DNA from: a virus
Lineage: Duplodnaviria; Heunggongvirae; Uroviricota; Caudoviricetes
Reading direction: 5' to 3' (one strand)
Virus record (IMG/VR): IMGVR_UViG_3300047444_000753
Location: 133,256-158,613 of that record
DNA length: 25,358 nt
The first letter of the stretch is position 1. Every line of letters starts with the position of its first letter. The notes under the pieces were generated by a model. It saw only the letters and a list, made by a program, of their open reading frames with translations, ran no database searches and was not told the origin of the DNA. Below, in pieces: positions 7,626 to 18,000 of this stretch. Made by a program: the position numbers and the translations under genes.

Positions 7626-7969
7626 CAGTCGGACGCCACTTCCTCTCTATTTGGAATTGGGTTGACGGATACTACCGGCTCCAGAACGTCGATCTGTACG
7701 GACTGCTGTGCAGACTCGACGCCGGTAGAGCCTTCAATTTGATTGATACTGTCCTGCTCGAAGAGAGCATCCGTGACGGTGGACTTGAGGATCCCCGGAG
7801 CAGAATGAAGGCAGTTATCACTAACTTGTATGGTAAAATTAGGGCTGAGGATAGTTCAAACGACGAAGACTTCGATGAGCACACACAGCCATCGAGAGCA
7901 ATGCAACCTCAAGGCTTTCTTGAAGCAGATGAATCCGGATATCCCGGTCTTGAGGCCCCTCTGGGGTAA
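7610..7969 (+). CDS. Tail assembly chaperone -1 frameshift extension (gpGT-like; fusion 7269-7969, ~233 aa)
   Basis: The -1 frame is open from 7553 to the stop at 7967-7969 and reads PYRGVLAVGRHFLSIWNWVDGYYRLQNVDLYGLLCRLDAGRAFNLIDTVLLEE. There is no clear RBS for TTG 7739. Candidate shift site is CGC-CCT-ACA at 7605-7613. Confidence 0.65.
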   Translation, partial: YRGVLAVGRHFLSIWNWVDGYYRLQNVDLYGLLCRLDAGRAFNLIDTVLLEESIRDGGLEDPRSRMKAVITNLYGKIRAEDSSNDEDFDEHTQPSRAMQPQGFLEADESGYPGLEAPLG

Positions 7970-7983
7970 CGTGAGGTTGTAGT

Positions 7984-10900
7984 ATGACGATTATCGGGTC
8001 CGCCTATGTAGACATCCGTGCAATCACCGACAAGCTTGAAGCCGACATCAAGAGTGCCCTCGCCATCCTGCCTGACACCATCGAGGTCAAGGTAGAGGCC
8101 GATACTCGTCCTGCCGAAGATCAGATTGACCTGCTTGTTGCTTGGGCCGACGAGCACAAGGTTGACATCAACATTGATGCTAATACTGTAGCAGCTGAGA
8201 CACACATTGGCGAAATCGTTGATGTGCATCCGGAAATCACTGTCGATGTTGACGCCGATACCGCAGCCGCCACAGCCCACGTCGAAGACTTCATGGCTAC
8301 CGCCGATGACCACGAGATCAACGTTCCCGTGGACATCGATGATCTCGGTGCCCGCACCAGCCTCATCGCCCTCATGGCTGAGTGGGGCCACAAGGTTCTC
8401 GACTGGGGCGTCGTTGTCCGTACTGGACTCGCCGAGCTAGAGCTGGGTGTTCTTGCCCGCCCACGTTTTGTCAAGATCTTCCCACAGATGAATGAAAATG
8501 TGGCTAAGTCCCTTGACGGGTCCTTCGACAACATCGGAAAGTTCCTCGCTGGCATCAGTGGCGGAACAACCCTTGCGGGCCTGATCGAAGAGGCCGTTCA
8601 GGCTAAGATCAAGCTTGGCGAAATGACGCCTCAAATCGCCATGACCGCCGAGAAGATCGGTGGCATGGCTACAGCGGCCACAGGCGCTGCTGGAGGCCTG
8701 CTCTCGCTTGGCAGCAGCCTTGTACAGATCATGGGTGTTGCCCCTATGCTTCCGGGTGTGTTTGTTGGCCTTGAAATCGCTATGAAGCTCACCACAACAG
8801 CCTTTAGTGATATGAAGAAGGCTGCTCCGGATCTTTACAAAGAGATCCAGAATATCAAGACGCAAATTGGCGAAGATTTCTGGTCCACGGCCCGTCAGGG
8901 ACTCAATGACCTTGTCAGCGGATCAGGTGTCCTGAAGGAATCCCTCGGTGAAACCTCCAAGGTCGTCGGTAGCTTCTGGGGCACCATGTTCGAGGGCATG
9001 AGCAAGGGAAGCTTCGCCAAGGGAATGGCGGGGGACTTCAAGAACCTTGACGCCGGAATCAAGACCATCACCAACAGCTCCAGCGTTTTTCTCCACATTT
9101 TCGAAACACTTGGAGAATTCGGGTCGGCGTATATTCCCAAGCTGGCGAGTGGTTTTGTTGATGTATCGAAGAGATTTGACGAGTTTCTGTCGAAGGCCAA
9201 CTCGGACGGACAGCTGAAGTCTTGGGTCGATGGCGGCGTGGCCGCACTCAAGGATCTTGGGCATGTCATCGGCGACGTGGGCAGCATCTTCGGCGGTCTC
9301 GCAGACGCAGCCAACAAGGCCGGAGGCATGACCCTCGGGGTCCTTGGCGGATCCCTGCAGCGCCTGTCTGATACTATACACACTGCTGATTTCCAGAAGA
9401 ACCTTGTCATGATCTTCCAAGGCGCAAATAGTGCAATTGGTGATATTGTCGGCGGACTTGGGAAGTTCATGGGGGCGATTGGGTATCTTGCTCCTGCGCT
9501 CAAGATCGTAGAGACCCAGATCGGCCAGACGCTCGGTAAGGCCTTGGAAATCGTCTCTGGCACTCTAGCGCGTCCCGAGGTCGCGGCGGGGCTCAAGGAC
9601 ATGTTCGGCGGCATTCTGGAGGGCGTAACCCACCTCTCCGTTGCGATGGAGCCGGTAGGCAAGAAGCTCGGATCCGTTATGTCCTTCGTTGGCTCGATTG
9701 CCGCCAACCTCGGAGATGTCGTAGGCCACGCAGCTGCCGTTTTGATCCCGCCGATCCAATCCATGCTGGATACGATCAAGCCGCTCACACCACTTCTTGG
9801 TGATGTAGTTAAAAAACTCACCGACATGTTCGCGCCCGTTCTTGGCACACTCGCTAAGGACGTCATTCCGCCTGCCGTTGACTCGCTGAAGAAACTCCTA
9901 CCTGCGATCAGCAACCTCATCTCTGCGATCACTCCTGACGTGGTCGAACTCATGAAGGCCTTCGGAGCCAGCCTGAACTACGGCAAGGGTGATCAGACGC
10001 AGAAGGATGCTGACGGCATCAATGCCTTGGCCAAGAGCATCAAGGACGGCCAGAAGGACTTCAAGTCGTGGACCGATGGCCTTAAGGCTCTGGACGACGC
10101 CACCGCATGGATGACCTCTACAAAGCACACCCAAGAATTCCACAACAGCACTGTCTCGATGTTCAACGATTTCTCGAAGAACAACCAGAAATTCAGTGAA
10201 GACATTCGTGCAAATGCCGACAAGATATTTGGTCCTTTCAACGTGGCCGTTGAAAAGATGAACAAGGATGTCAATAAGGGTCTGTCCGATTTCTGGGGTG
10301 ATACCACCCGCAACAACGAAGGCATGGATAAGGACTTCCGCAGCAACTGGAACAACTTCTGGGGCGGGCTCGACGGCTTCAACAAGGACACCAGCAAGAA
10401 GGTAAACGACGACCTCGGAAACTTCTGGACCGACGTTGGTAAGAACAACGACGGCATGGATAAGGACTTCCGTACCAACTGGAACAATTTCTGGGGTGGC
10501 CTAGACGGATTCAATAAGGACACCAGCAAGAAGGTCAACGACGACCTTGCAAACTTCTGGGGCGATGCCAAGCGCAACAATGACGGCATGGGCAAAGACT
10601 TCATGAAGGGCTGGGACGGAATGTGGAAGGACTTCAATACAGCCACCAAGCCTGTCGCCGATGTAGTAGGTAAGATCCAAGAACACCTCAGTAAGCTTTG
10701 GGGTGCTCTGGTTAGCCGCCCTATTGACGATTTCTCCAAGAAGTGGAATACCGGCTGGGAGAAAATCAAGGGCGACAACGAAAAATTGAGCCAAGATATC
10801 AACAAGAACATCTCCAACTGGTGGACAGGTGTATCCGGTGATTTCACTAGGGGTGCCGACAAGATTGGTAAGGATTGGTCCAAGGGTTGGAACGACCTGA

Positions 10901-12111
10901 AGTCCTCCAACACCAAGATCAGTGGTGACATTAACAAGTCTGTCACCACATGGTGGAACGGGGTGTCCGGCGACTTCACCAAGGGCGCTGACAAGATGGG
11001 CAAGGACTGGTCAAAGGGTTGGAATGATCTGAAGTCGTCCAACACTAAGATCAGCGGTGACATCAACAAGTCCGTCAGTACATGGTGGACAGGAATCTCC
11101 GGTGACTTCACCAGAGGTGCAGCAAGCATCGGTAAGGATTGGACCAAGAACTGGAACGATCTGAAGACCACAAATACCAAGCTTAGCGCTGACATCAATA
11201 AGAATGTCAGCAAATGGTGGACAGATATTTCCGCACCCTTCGTAAAAGAGGGCGCTAAAATTGGCAAGGACTGGGATAAAACTTGGTCCGATATTCAGTC
11301 CACCAACCAGAAGCTCAGTGCCGACATCAACAAGAACATTTCACAATGGTGGAGTGATATTCAGGCCGGTTGGACAACGGCTGGCACCCAGATCAGTACT
11401 TGGTGGGACACCATGTGGTCCGGTATCAATAATACCTTCAACAACATCGGCCAGCAAATTCAAACAGGCATTGATAATTTCTGGAAGGGTGTTCAGGACG
11501 CTTGGAACACTGCCATGGGTGTTGTCAAGGATATCGAAAAGCGCGGTTGGGATGCGATTTTCGATTACCTTAATGGGCTCTGGGGCGACATGCTCACTGC
11601 CGGTGGTCACATCATCGATGGGCTTGTCCATGGTATTCAGGACGGAATCGGGGCGGTCGGAAAGGCCATCGCTGGGGTTGGTCAGACTGTCCTCGATGGC
11701 ATCGGCAGGATTATGAATATGCACTCACCTTCCCGTGAAATGTACACCCGTGGTTTGTGGACAGTACAGGGCTATGTAAACGGTATCACCGACCATGGTG
11801 GCCTTGCTGTAGATGCCATGAACAACATCGCCAGCCGCGTGCTCGATGCGTCCACTGTCAAGATCCCATCCATGGATACCGGAGCACTGGTAGGAGGGCA
11901 GTCGCAGAACCCGAACATCTTTGCTGCAGCTGCACAAAGCAACAGCATGCCAGTTCCGGGATCCTACGGATACCAACCAACAAGCCAGCAGCGAAATGCG
12001 ACGGTGGTCAACCCAACAGTAAACGTATATCCGTCTGCGCCTCTGAATGAGGCTCAGGTCGGCCAGATGGCTGCCTCGCAGCTGTTCTGGGAATTCACCA
12101 ACCGCTTCTAG
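7984..12111 (+). CDS. Tape measure protein
   Basis: 1375 aa following the chaperones. It has an N-terminal IIGSAYVDIRA, an Ala/Gly-rich helical body, Trp-periodic repeats and a C-terminal MHSPSR motif. Confidence 0.95.
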   Translation: MTIIGSAYVDIRAITDKLEADIKSALAILPDTIEVKVEADTRPAEDQIDLLVAWADEHKVDINIDANTVAAETHIGEIVDVHPEITVDVDADTAAATAHVEDFMATADDHEINVPVDIDDLGARTSLIALMAEWGHKVLDWGVVVRTGLAELELGVLARPRFVKIFPQMNENVAKSLDGSFDNIGKFLAGISGGTTLAGLIEEAVQAKIKLGEMTPQIAMTAEKIGGMATAATGAAGGLLSLGSSLVQIMGVAPMLPGVFVGLEIAMKLTTTAFSDMKKAAPDLYKEIQNIKTQIGEDFWSTARQGLNDLVSGSGVLKESLGETSKVVGSFWGTMFEGMSKGSFAKGMAGDFKNLDAGIKTITNSSSVFLHIFETLGEFGSAYIPKLASGFVDVSKRFDEFLSKANSDGQLKSWVDGGVAALKDLGHVIGDVGSIFGGLADAANKAGGMTLGVLGGSLQRLSDTIHTADFQKNLVMIFQGANSAIGDIVGGLGKFMGAIGYLAPALKIVETQIGQTLGKALEIVSGTLARPEVAAGLKDMFGGILEGVTHLSVAMEPVGKKLGSVMSFVGSIAANLGDVVGHAAAVLIPPIQSMLDTIKPLTPLLGDVVKKLTDMFAPVLGTLAKDVIPPAVDSLKKLLPAISNLISAITPDVVELMKAFGASLNYGKGDQTQKDADGINALAKSIKDGQKDFKSWTDGLKALDDATAWMTSTKHTQEFHNSTVSMFNDFSKNNQKFSEDIRANADKIFGPFNVAVEKMNKDVNKGLSDFWGDTTRNNEGMDKDFRSNWNNFWGGLDGFNKDTSKKVNDDLGNFWTDVGKNNDGMDKDFRTNWNNFWGGLDGFNKDTSKKVNDDLANFWGDAKRNNDGMGKDFMKGWDGMWKDFNTATKPVADVVGKIQEHLSKLWGALVSRPIDDFSKKWNTGWEKIKGDNEKLSQDINKNISNWWTGVSGDFTRGADKIGKDWSKGWNDLKSSNTKISGDINKSVTTWWNGVSGDFTKGADKMGKDWSKGWNDLKSSNTKISGDINKSVSTWWTGISGDFTRGAASIGKDWTKNWNDLKTTNTKLSADINKNVSKWWTDISAPFVKEGAKIGKDWDKTWSDIQSTNQKLSADINKNISQWWSDIQAGWTTAGTQISTWWDTMWSGINNTFNNIGQQIQTGIDNFWKGVQDAWNTAMGVVKDIEKRGWDAIFDYLNGLWGDMLTAGGHIIDGLVHGIQDGIGAVGKAIAGVGQTVLDGIGRIMNMHSPSREMYTRGLWTVQGYVNGITDHGGLAVDAMNNIASRVLDASTVKIPSMDTGALVGGQSQNPNIFAAAAQSNSMPVPGSYGYQPTSQQRNATVVNPTVNVYPSAPLNEAQVGQMAASQLFWEFTNRF
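10288..10638 (+). repeat. 132-bp (44-aa) tandem repeat, about 2.7 copies, in the tape measure gene
   Basis: GGCATGGATAAGGACTTCCG occurs at 10321 and 10453. The unit is FWxDxxxNNxGMDKDFRxNWNNFWGGLDGFNKDTSKKVNDDL. Confidence 0.9.
10819..11380 (+). repeat. Second 132-bp (44-aa) tandem repeat family, 4 copies plus a partial, in the tape measure gene
   Basis: TGGTGG (WW) occurs at 10819, 10951, 11083, 11215 and 11347, exactly 132 bp apart. The unit is WWTGxSGDFTxGAxKIGKDWSKGWNDLKSxNTKISGDINKxV. Confidence 0.9.
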
Positions 12112-12122
12112 GAAACGACATT

Positions 12123-12974
12123 ATGTATCTACAGACAGACAAAATTGTGGCAACGATCAAAGACGTCACAATGCGGTCCTTCCTAACATCCAGCCCGCAG
12201 TTTGTTCTCGATCCTACCGCCCTAATTGGGTGGAGCGATGGTGTTGACGTGCGCCGTAACTTCACACCCCGCCAGATCCGCTCTGGTGACTTCCTTGAGG
12301 CAGGGCACCACGCCTCCCGATACATCACCTTCAGCGGGTCGGCCATGGCACGCAATGCTGCGGAGCTGCACGCCATGCGTGACCAGTTCATGGGGATGGT
12401 GCAGCCCAAGGAGTACCGTTCCCTCTCCATCGAGGACATCACGGGTGTGCGCTGGGCGACTGTCACCATCGGCGGCAAGGTCTCATGGGTACAGCAGACG
12501 GACACCGTGGCAGTCTTCAAGATCGACCTCTATGCACCGGACCCCAACCAGTACGGAGCCCTACAGACTGTCACCCTCATGGACAACTACATGTCCGGTG
12601 GGATGGACATGCCGATCACATACCCGATGAACTACGGCGCACCTTTCCACGCAGCAGTTGAGGTCCTAACTAATAACGGAAATAACGACGCGTGGCCGGT
12701 AATCAGGGTTTACGGGGACTACGATGCCGGATTTACAGTCACCGATAATCAGGGGAATTACGTAACGTACGGCGGGGCGGTACGGATGAATTCCCACGTA
12801 ACGATCGATATGCAAGCAGGAATCGCTACGCAGGATGGACAGGACCGTTCTACATTCCTGACCCGACGCGACTGGTGGTCGATTCCACCAAATTCAAGTA
12901 TTACTCCATCGTTTATCCCGGTACAAAAGGTAAACGGCTGGTGTGATATACTGTTCAGAGACACGTGGATATAG
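12123..12974 (+). CDS. Minor tail protein (distal tail, Dit-like)
   Basis: 283 aa, first gene after the tape measure. Motifs YAPDP, NNGNNDAWPVI and C-terminal RDTWI are typical of Dit-like proteins. Confidence 0.8.
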   Translation: MYLQTDKIVATIKDVTMRSFLTSSPQFVLDPTALIGWSDGVDVRRNFTPRQIRSGDFLEAGHHASRYITFSGSAMARNAAELHAMRDQFMGMVQPKEYRSLSIEDITGVRWATVTIGGKVSWVQQTDTVAVFKIDLYAPDPNQYGALQTVTLMDNYMSGGMDMPITYPMNYGAPFHAAVEVLTNNGNNDAWPVIRVYGDYDAGFTVTDNQGNYVTYGGAVRMNSHVTIDMQAGIATQDGQDRSTFLTRRDWWSIPPNSSITPSFIPVQKVNGWCDILFRDTWI

Positions 12975-12986
12975 TGAGGCTTTAAA

Positions 12987-13859
12987 ATGACATCAGGTTT
13001 TGGTGTAGACCCTACCCTTGACGCAACAACCGGAGCTGTTATTTCCGGTACCACCGCAAAAGACATCAGAAACATCACCAGCGCACTATACACTCCGGGC
13101 CTCATCAGCGGCGGAATCACCTCTAGTAGCGCCGGGAATATGTCATACAGTGTCACCAAAGGTGTTGTATGTATTGAAGCCACCAACGGCGAGAACATTC
13201 TGGCACCGATCCCCGCGACGACCTTCTATGTGCCCACCAACGGTACCAGTTCCACGCGTAATGACATCATCTACGTACAACAGCGGTATCCGTCCATTGA
13301 GGGCGATTCCGAAGTCATCGTAGGCTATGGAACATCCCTGCCCCAGCGTGCCGTCAAGCTGGACAACTACCTTGTCCCACCGGGGGCCAACACCACCAGT
13401 CGCGGTACCAAGGTAGACAGTGTTGACTACTCAATTCCCTACGGGGCAAGTCTCGGGACATTGGCAACGCTCAATGATACCCTCAACGGCGTTATCCCAG
13501 TCACGGAAACTACCATCGGATCCGCTGGTTTCTACGTGCCGACCGACCGTGAAATCCGAATTCACATGAAGTCCACCTACTCGGCATATCAAGCCGTAGG
13601 TTTCGACAATTCCAAGTATTGTGAAGTGAAGTTCAATATCTATCTGGACAACAGCTACATCTTTACGTGGAACTCCACAGGACTTCATCAGGCATGGCAG
13701 ACACTGGGCTTCGAGGAATACAACACTGTCGCAAAGGGACAGCATACGATCCGAGTAACCCGCCAGCGTGCTGTAGGACCCGGCTCTCCCTTCCACCACT
13801 TCCAGAGTGATGTTCGCGGAACCACCATCCTAGTCACAGACTATGGGGTTATGCGCTAA
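12987..13859 (+). CDS. Minor tail protein
   Basis: 290 aa with a GAGG RBS, S/T/G-rich and likely beta-rich, containing TRNDIIYV, within the tail cluster. Confidence 0.7.
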   Translation: MTSGFGVDPTLDATTGAVISGTTAKDIRNITSALYTPGLISGGITSSSAGNMSYSVTKGVVCIEATNGENILAPIPATTFYVPTNGTSSTRNDIIYVQQRYPSIEGDSEVIVGYGTSLPQRAVKLDNYLVPPGANTTSRGTKVDSVDYSIPYGASLGTLATLNDTLNGVIPVTETTIGSAGFYVPTDREIRIHMKSTYSAYQAVGFDNSKYCEVKFNIYLDNSYIFTWNSTGLHQAWQTLGFEEYNTVAKGQHTIRVTRQRAVGPGSPFHHFQSDVRGTTILVTDYGVMR

Positions 13860-15043
13860 TGGCCGTGGCTCAGGTGGTAACATCGCCTGACTCCTCAATG
13901 TGGTCTGTATATCTTCTCAACACCATTTCAGGTCAGATCGGCCCCCGGGTCGATGTTGACGCCACATCGTGGGACATCCCACTAAATGGTATTGAAACTC
14001 TCAAGACCACCATTAAGAAGTCAAGCGTCCCAGACCTCATCGATCAGAGCAAATGGTTTGCCCCGTGGTGGGGCGGAATCCTGCTCAAATACGGGGATGT
14101 CCCTGTCTTTGCTGGCGTGATCACAGGACGACCGTTGGAGAACTACAACGACATCGAACTGGACTGCGTGGGTATCAGGGCCATCCTTGCCAACCGCGTC
14201 GTGGCGCAGGAATTCACCGACTGGTCACTACTTGCCAAGAGCAAGATCGCCTACTACAAGCTTGGATTGGGTACAATCGCCAAACGTGTTGTGCAGGCGG
14301 TACAGCTGAAGCCCGGTGGGGCACTTCCAATCTCCTATCCGGTTCCGGACGAGACACAGGACGGCACGCCCGCCCTTGATGACCTTGACCACCAGCGTGT
14401 ATATGAGGGCTACGACCTACAGAACATCACCTGTGATGCAGTACTCACTAAGCTCTCAGAGGTCCACAACGGGCCTGACATCATGTTCCGCCCACGCATG
14501 GCCGATGGTGGGACGGTTACATGGGACATGTGGACTGGCACCGAAGGTGACCCACGAATCGCCCAGCAGCATCTGCACGTCTGGGACACGGATGCAAGTC
14601 TCGGTGCCGTTGCTGACCTGAGCATTGTTACTTCAGGAGCCTATCAGACCAACCGTGTCTACAGCTTGGGTGCTGGTTCCGGACGCGGAACGCTCATCAC
14701 GATGTCGGAAGATTTGACGACAATCAGTAAGGGATTCCCGCTTCTCGAATCTGTTATTGCCATCTCCCAGAGCACGAATAAGAACGTCGTGCAAGCACAT
14801 GGTGACGCGGTACTTCATCAGAACCAACAGCTCATCCGGGAAATTACCCTTACCGTTCGAGCCGGTGGATACTACCCGATCGGTACCTACTGGCCCGGAG
14901 ATCTCGTCGGCATCTACACCAAGGGCTGGGTAGCCCTAGAGGACGGCGTCCATCTCTGCCGTCTGCTCCACATGTCCGGAGACTTGACTACAGCATCCGA
15001 TATCAAACTTGTTATGCAACCCGAGGTGTACATTGCTGGTTAG
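13859..15043 (+). CDS. Minor tail protein (baseplate hub-like)
   Basis: 394 aa with a TAATG overlap. Motifs PVFAGVI, LTKLSEVHNGPDIMFRP, GFPLLE and YWPGDLV resemble actinophage siphovirus hub proteins. Confidence 0.75.
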   Translation: MAVAQVVTSPDSSMWSVYLLNTISGQIGPRVDVDATSWDIPLNGIETLKTTIKKSSVPDLIDQSKWFAPWWGGILLKYGDVPVFAGVITGRPLENYNDIELDCVGIRAILANRVVAQEFTDWSLLAKSKIAYYKLGLGTIAKRVVQAVQLKPGGALPISYPVPDETQDGTPALDDLDHQRVYEGYDLQNITCDAVLTKLSEVHNGPDIMFRPRMADGGTVTWDMWTGTEGDPRIAQQHLHVWDTDASLGAVADLSIVTSGAYQTNRVYSLGAGSGRGTLITMSEDLTTISKGFPLLESVIAISQSTNKNVVQAHGDAVLHQNQQLIREITLTVRAGGYYPIGTYWPGDLVGIYTKGWVALEDGVHLCRLLHMSGDLTTASDIKLVMQPEVYIAG

Positions 15044-18000
15044 ACGCATCACCCCCTCCATGCACGGGCTCGCCGAAGCCCTGCGCTCCATCGACAAAAA
15101 CGCCAAGCAACAGGGCACTGCTCCGGTCGGCAGTATTGTCATCAATGAGGACCAGACCCTCTCGACCATGGACCCGGACACCGGAGTCTCTGCGGTCTTT
15201 GGCCTGCAGGATGACGGATCTGTCGGCTTCAAGCAGTTCCTCGGAGACACGACCCCGCCGTCTGCTCCCACGGCCCCTGCCGTCTCAAGCTCGGCGGGCA
15301 TCTCCCTCATCGGATGGGATGGTCTCTTTGGAGACGGCAGTCTTGCTCCTGCGGACTACGATCACTGCAACGTCTATGGACAAAAAGTCGGGGATACCGT
15401 ATCTGTCCTAGTTGGGTCGGTAATCAACCCCGGAGACACGATAAGCTACGCCGGAGGGGTTCCGGGAGATTCATGGACCTTCTGGTTGACGGCTCTAGAC
15501 ACAAACGGGAATGAGTCGGATATCAGCCCGACGACGACCGCCAAGATTGCATCGGTGCTGGACGACACAGGCCTCTCACAGGCCCTTGCAGACAACACCA
15601 AGGCCATTGACGACGCCAATACGGCCATCGCCCTCAAGAGCTCCATTCTGTCCGCCTCAGCGGCCCCCAGCGGTTCCCACAACGTCAACGATATATGGTT
15701 CAACACCTCGGAGGGCAACAAGCCTTACCGATGGAACGGATCCGCATGGGTCACGACCGAAGATCAGGCTGCCATCGACGCGAAGGCAGCGGCACTAGAT
15801 GCGCAGAATGTTGCAGTGTCCGCAAATACTGCCGCGACCAACGCCCAGAATGTGGCAGTCTCTGCCCAGAATACAGGTGTATCTGCGCAAAACACTGCTG
15901 TTTCGGCCAACAACCTCGCTATTTCGGCCCAAAACACTGCTGTGTCCGCACAGAACATTGCTGTGTCAGCACAGAGCACTGCTGTATCTGCTAACAACCT
16001 CGCTGCCTCAGTCAACAGCACGGCAGTTTCCGCCAATAACGTAGCTGCATCGGCCCAGTCTGCCGCAATTTCTGCAAACAACACTGCCATCTCGGCTCAA
16101 AACACAGCCGTCTCGGCCAATAATGCAGCTGCTTCGGCACAGGCCACCGCAAATTCGGTAAACAGCATTGCAGTTTCTGCAAACAACACCGCTATTTCCG
16201 CTAACAATACAGCAATTTCTGCCAACAATACAGCCATCTCAGCACAAAATACTGCTGTGTCCGCAAATACGGCGGCAATCTCGGCTCAGAATATTGCTGC
16301 CTCGGCCAACACCGTCGCTGCATCCGCCAACAGCACGGCCATCTCTGCACAGAACACTGCTATTTCAGCCCAGAATACGGCAGTATCTGCTAACAATACC
16401 GCAATTTCGGCTAATAACGTAGCTGCTTCGGCCCAGACCGCAGCAGCATCTGCAACCAGTACAGCGATCTCTGCAAACAACACCGCTATCTCGGCCAATA
16501 ACGTAGCAGCTTCAGCCAACACGACTGCTGCGTCTGCTCAGAGTGTCGCGGCATCTGCCAACACCGTCGCAGCATCCGCAAACAGTACTGCGATCTCGGC
16601 AGGCAACACCGCCGTCTCCGCGAACAACGTAGCTGCCTCTGCCCAGAGCACCGCTACTTCGGCCCAGAGCGCCGCTGTCTCGGCACAGAATGTTGCGGCG
16701 TCGGCTAACGCTCTTGCAACTACTGCAAACAATACTGCAAACTCCGCTCAGGTCATTGCCAACGGTAAGAACCACATCTTCCTCACAAGCTCAACCCCTA
16801 CTGCCAGCGCAGACGGGGACATGTGGGTTGATCTCGGCAACGGCAGGACCCTGAAGTCATGGAGCGCGTCTTCCACAGCTTGGATTCCAACGATCCAAAA
16901 CGGGGCAATCACCGCCACCCAGATTGCCGCAGACACCATCGTGGCGGGAAACATCGCCGCTGGTGCCATCACGGCTTCGGAACTCGCTGCCAACTCTGTC
17001 AGCGCCAGTGCCCTAGCTGCGAACTCCATCACCGCGACAGCCCTTGCCGCAGGATCCATCACGGCTTCTGCTCTCGCGGCTCAGTCGATCACAGCGACAG
17101 CACTGGCCGCTCAGAGCATCACCGCGACAGCTCTGGCGGCGGGATCGATCACTGCAAGCGCCCTCGCTGCCCAGTCGATCACTGCGACGGCCCTTGCAGC
17201 CAAGAGCATTACCGCCAGCGCCCTTGCCGCAGGATCCATCACTGCCACTGCATTGGCCGTAGGCTCCATCACTGCCAGCGCTCTTGCTGCCCAGTCGATC
17301 ACGGCTACAGCTTTGGCAGCGCAGTCCATCACCGCCTCAGCTATGGCCGCAGGCTCGATCTCCGCTACAGCCCTACAGGCTGGGTCTGTTGCAGCCTCCA
17401 CACTTGCCGCACAGTCGATCACAGCTACGGCTCTCGCGGCCCAGAGCATCACGGCCAGTGCACTGGCCGCTCAGAGCATCACCGCGACAGCTCTGGCGGC
17501 GGGATCGATCACTGCAAGCGCCCTCGCTGCCCAGAGTATTACGGCTTCTGCTCTCGCCGCACAGTCCATCACGGCATCTGCTATGGCGGCGGGCTCTATC
17601 TCTGCAACAGCCCTGCAGGCCGGATCGGTAGCGGCCTCAACTCTTGCTGCCCAGAGCATCACAGCGACAGCCCTTGCAGCACAGTCGATCACGGCTACGG
17701 CACTTGCTGCCGGGTCAATCACGGCGTCGGCTCTGGCAGCTGGGTCAATCACTGCAAGCGCCCTCGCTGCCCAAAGCATCACCGCGTCAGCGCTTGCAGC
17801 TAACTCGATCACAGCGTCTGCTATTGCCGCAGGTGCCGTCATGGCGTCGGAACTTGCAGCCGGTTCCGTGACCGCTACAGCGCTGGCCGCACAGTCGATC
17901 ACGGCCACTGCACTGGCGGCTCAGGCCATCACCGCTTCCGCTATGGCCGCAGGATCCATCTCTGCTACGGCCCTGCAGGTAGGCTCAGTAGCGGCGTCCA

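Noticed and set aside
8895-11267. Minus-strand ORFs (352 aa and 424 aa) opposite the tape measure gene
   Set aside because: They are antisense mirrors of the tape measure repeats with no independent coding evidence.
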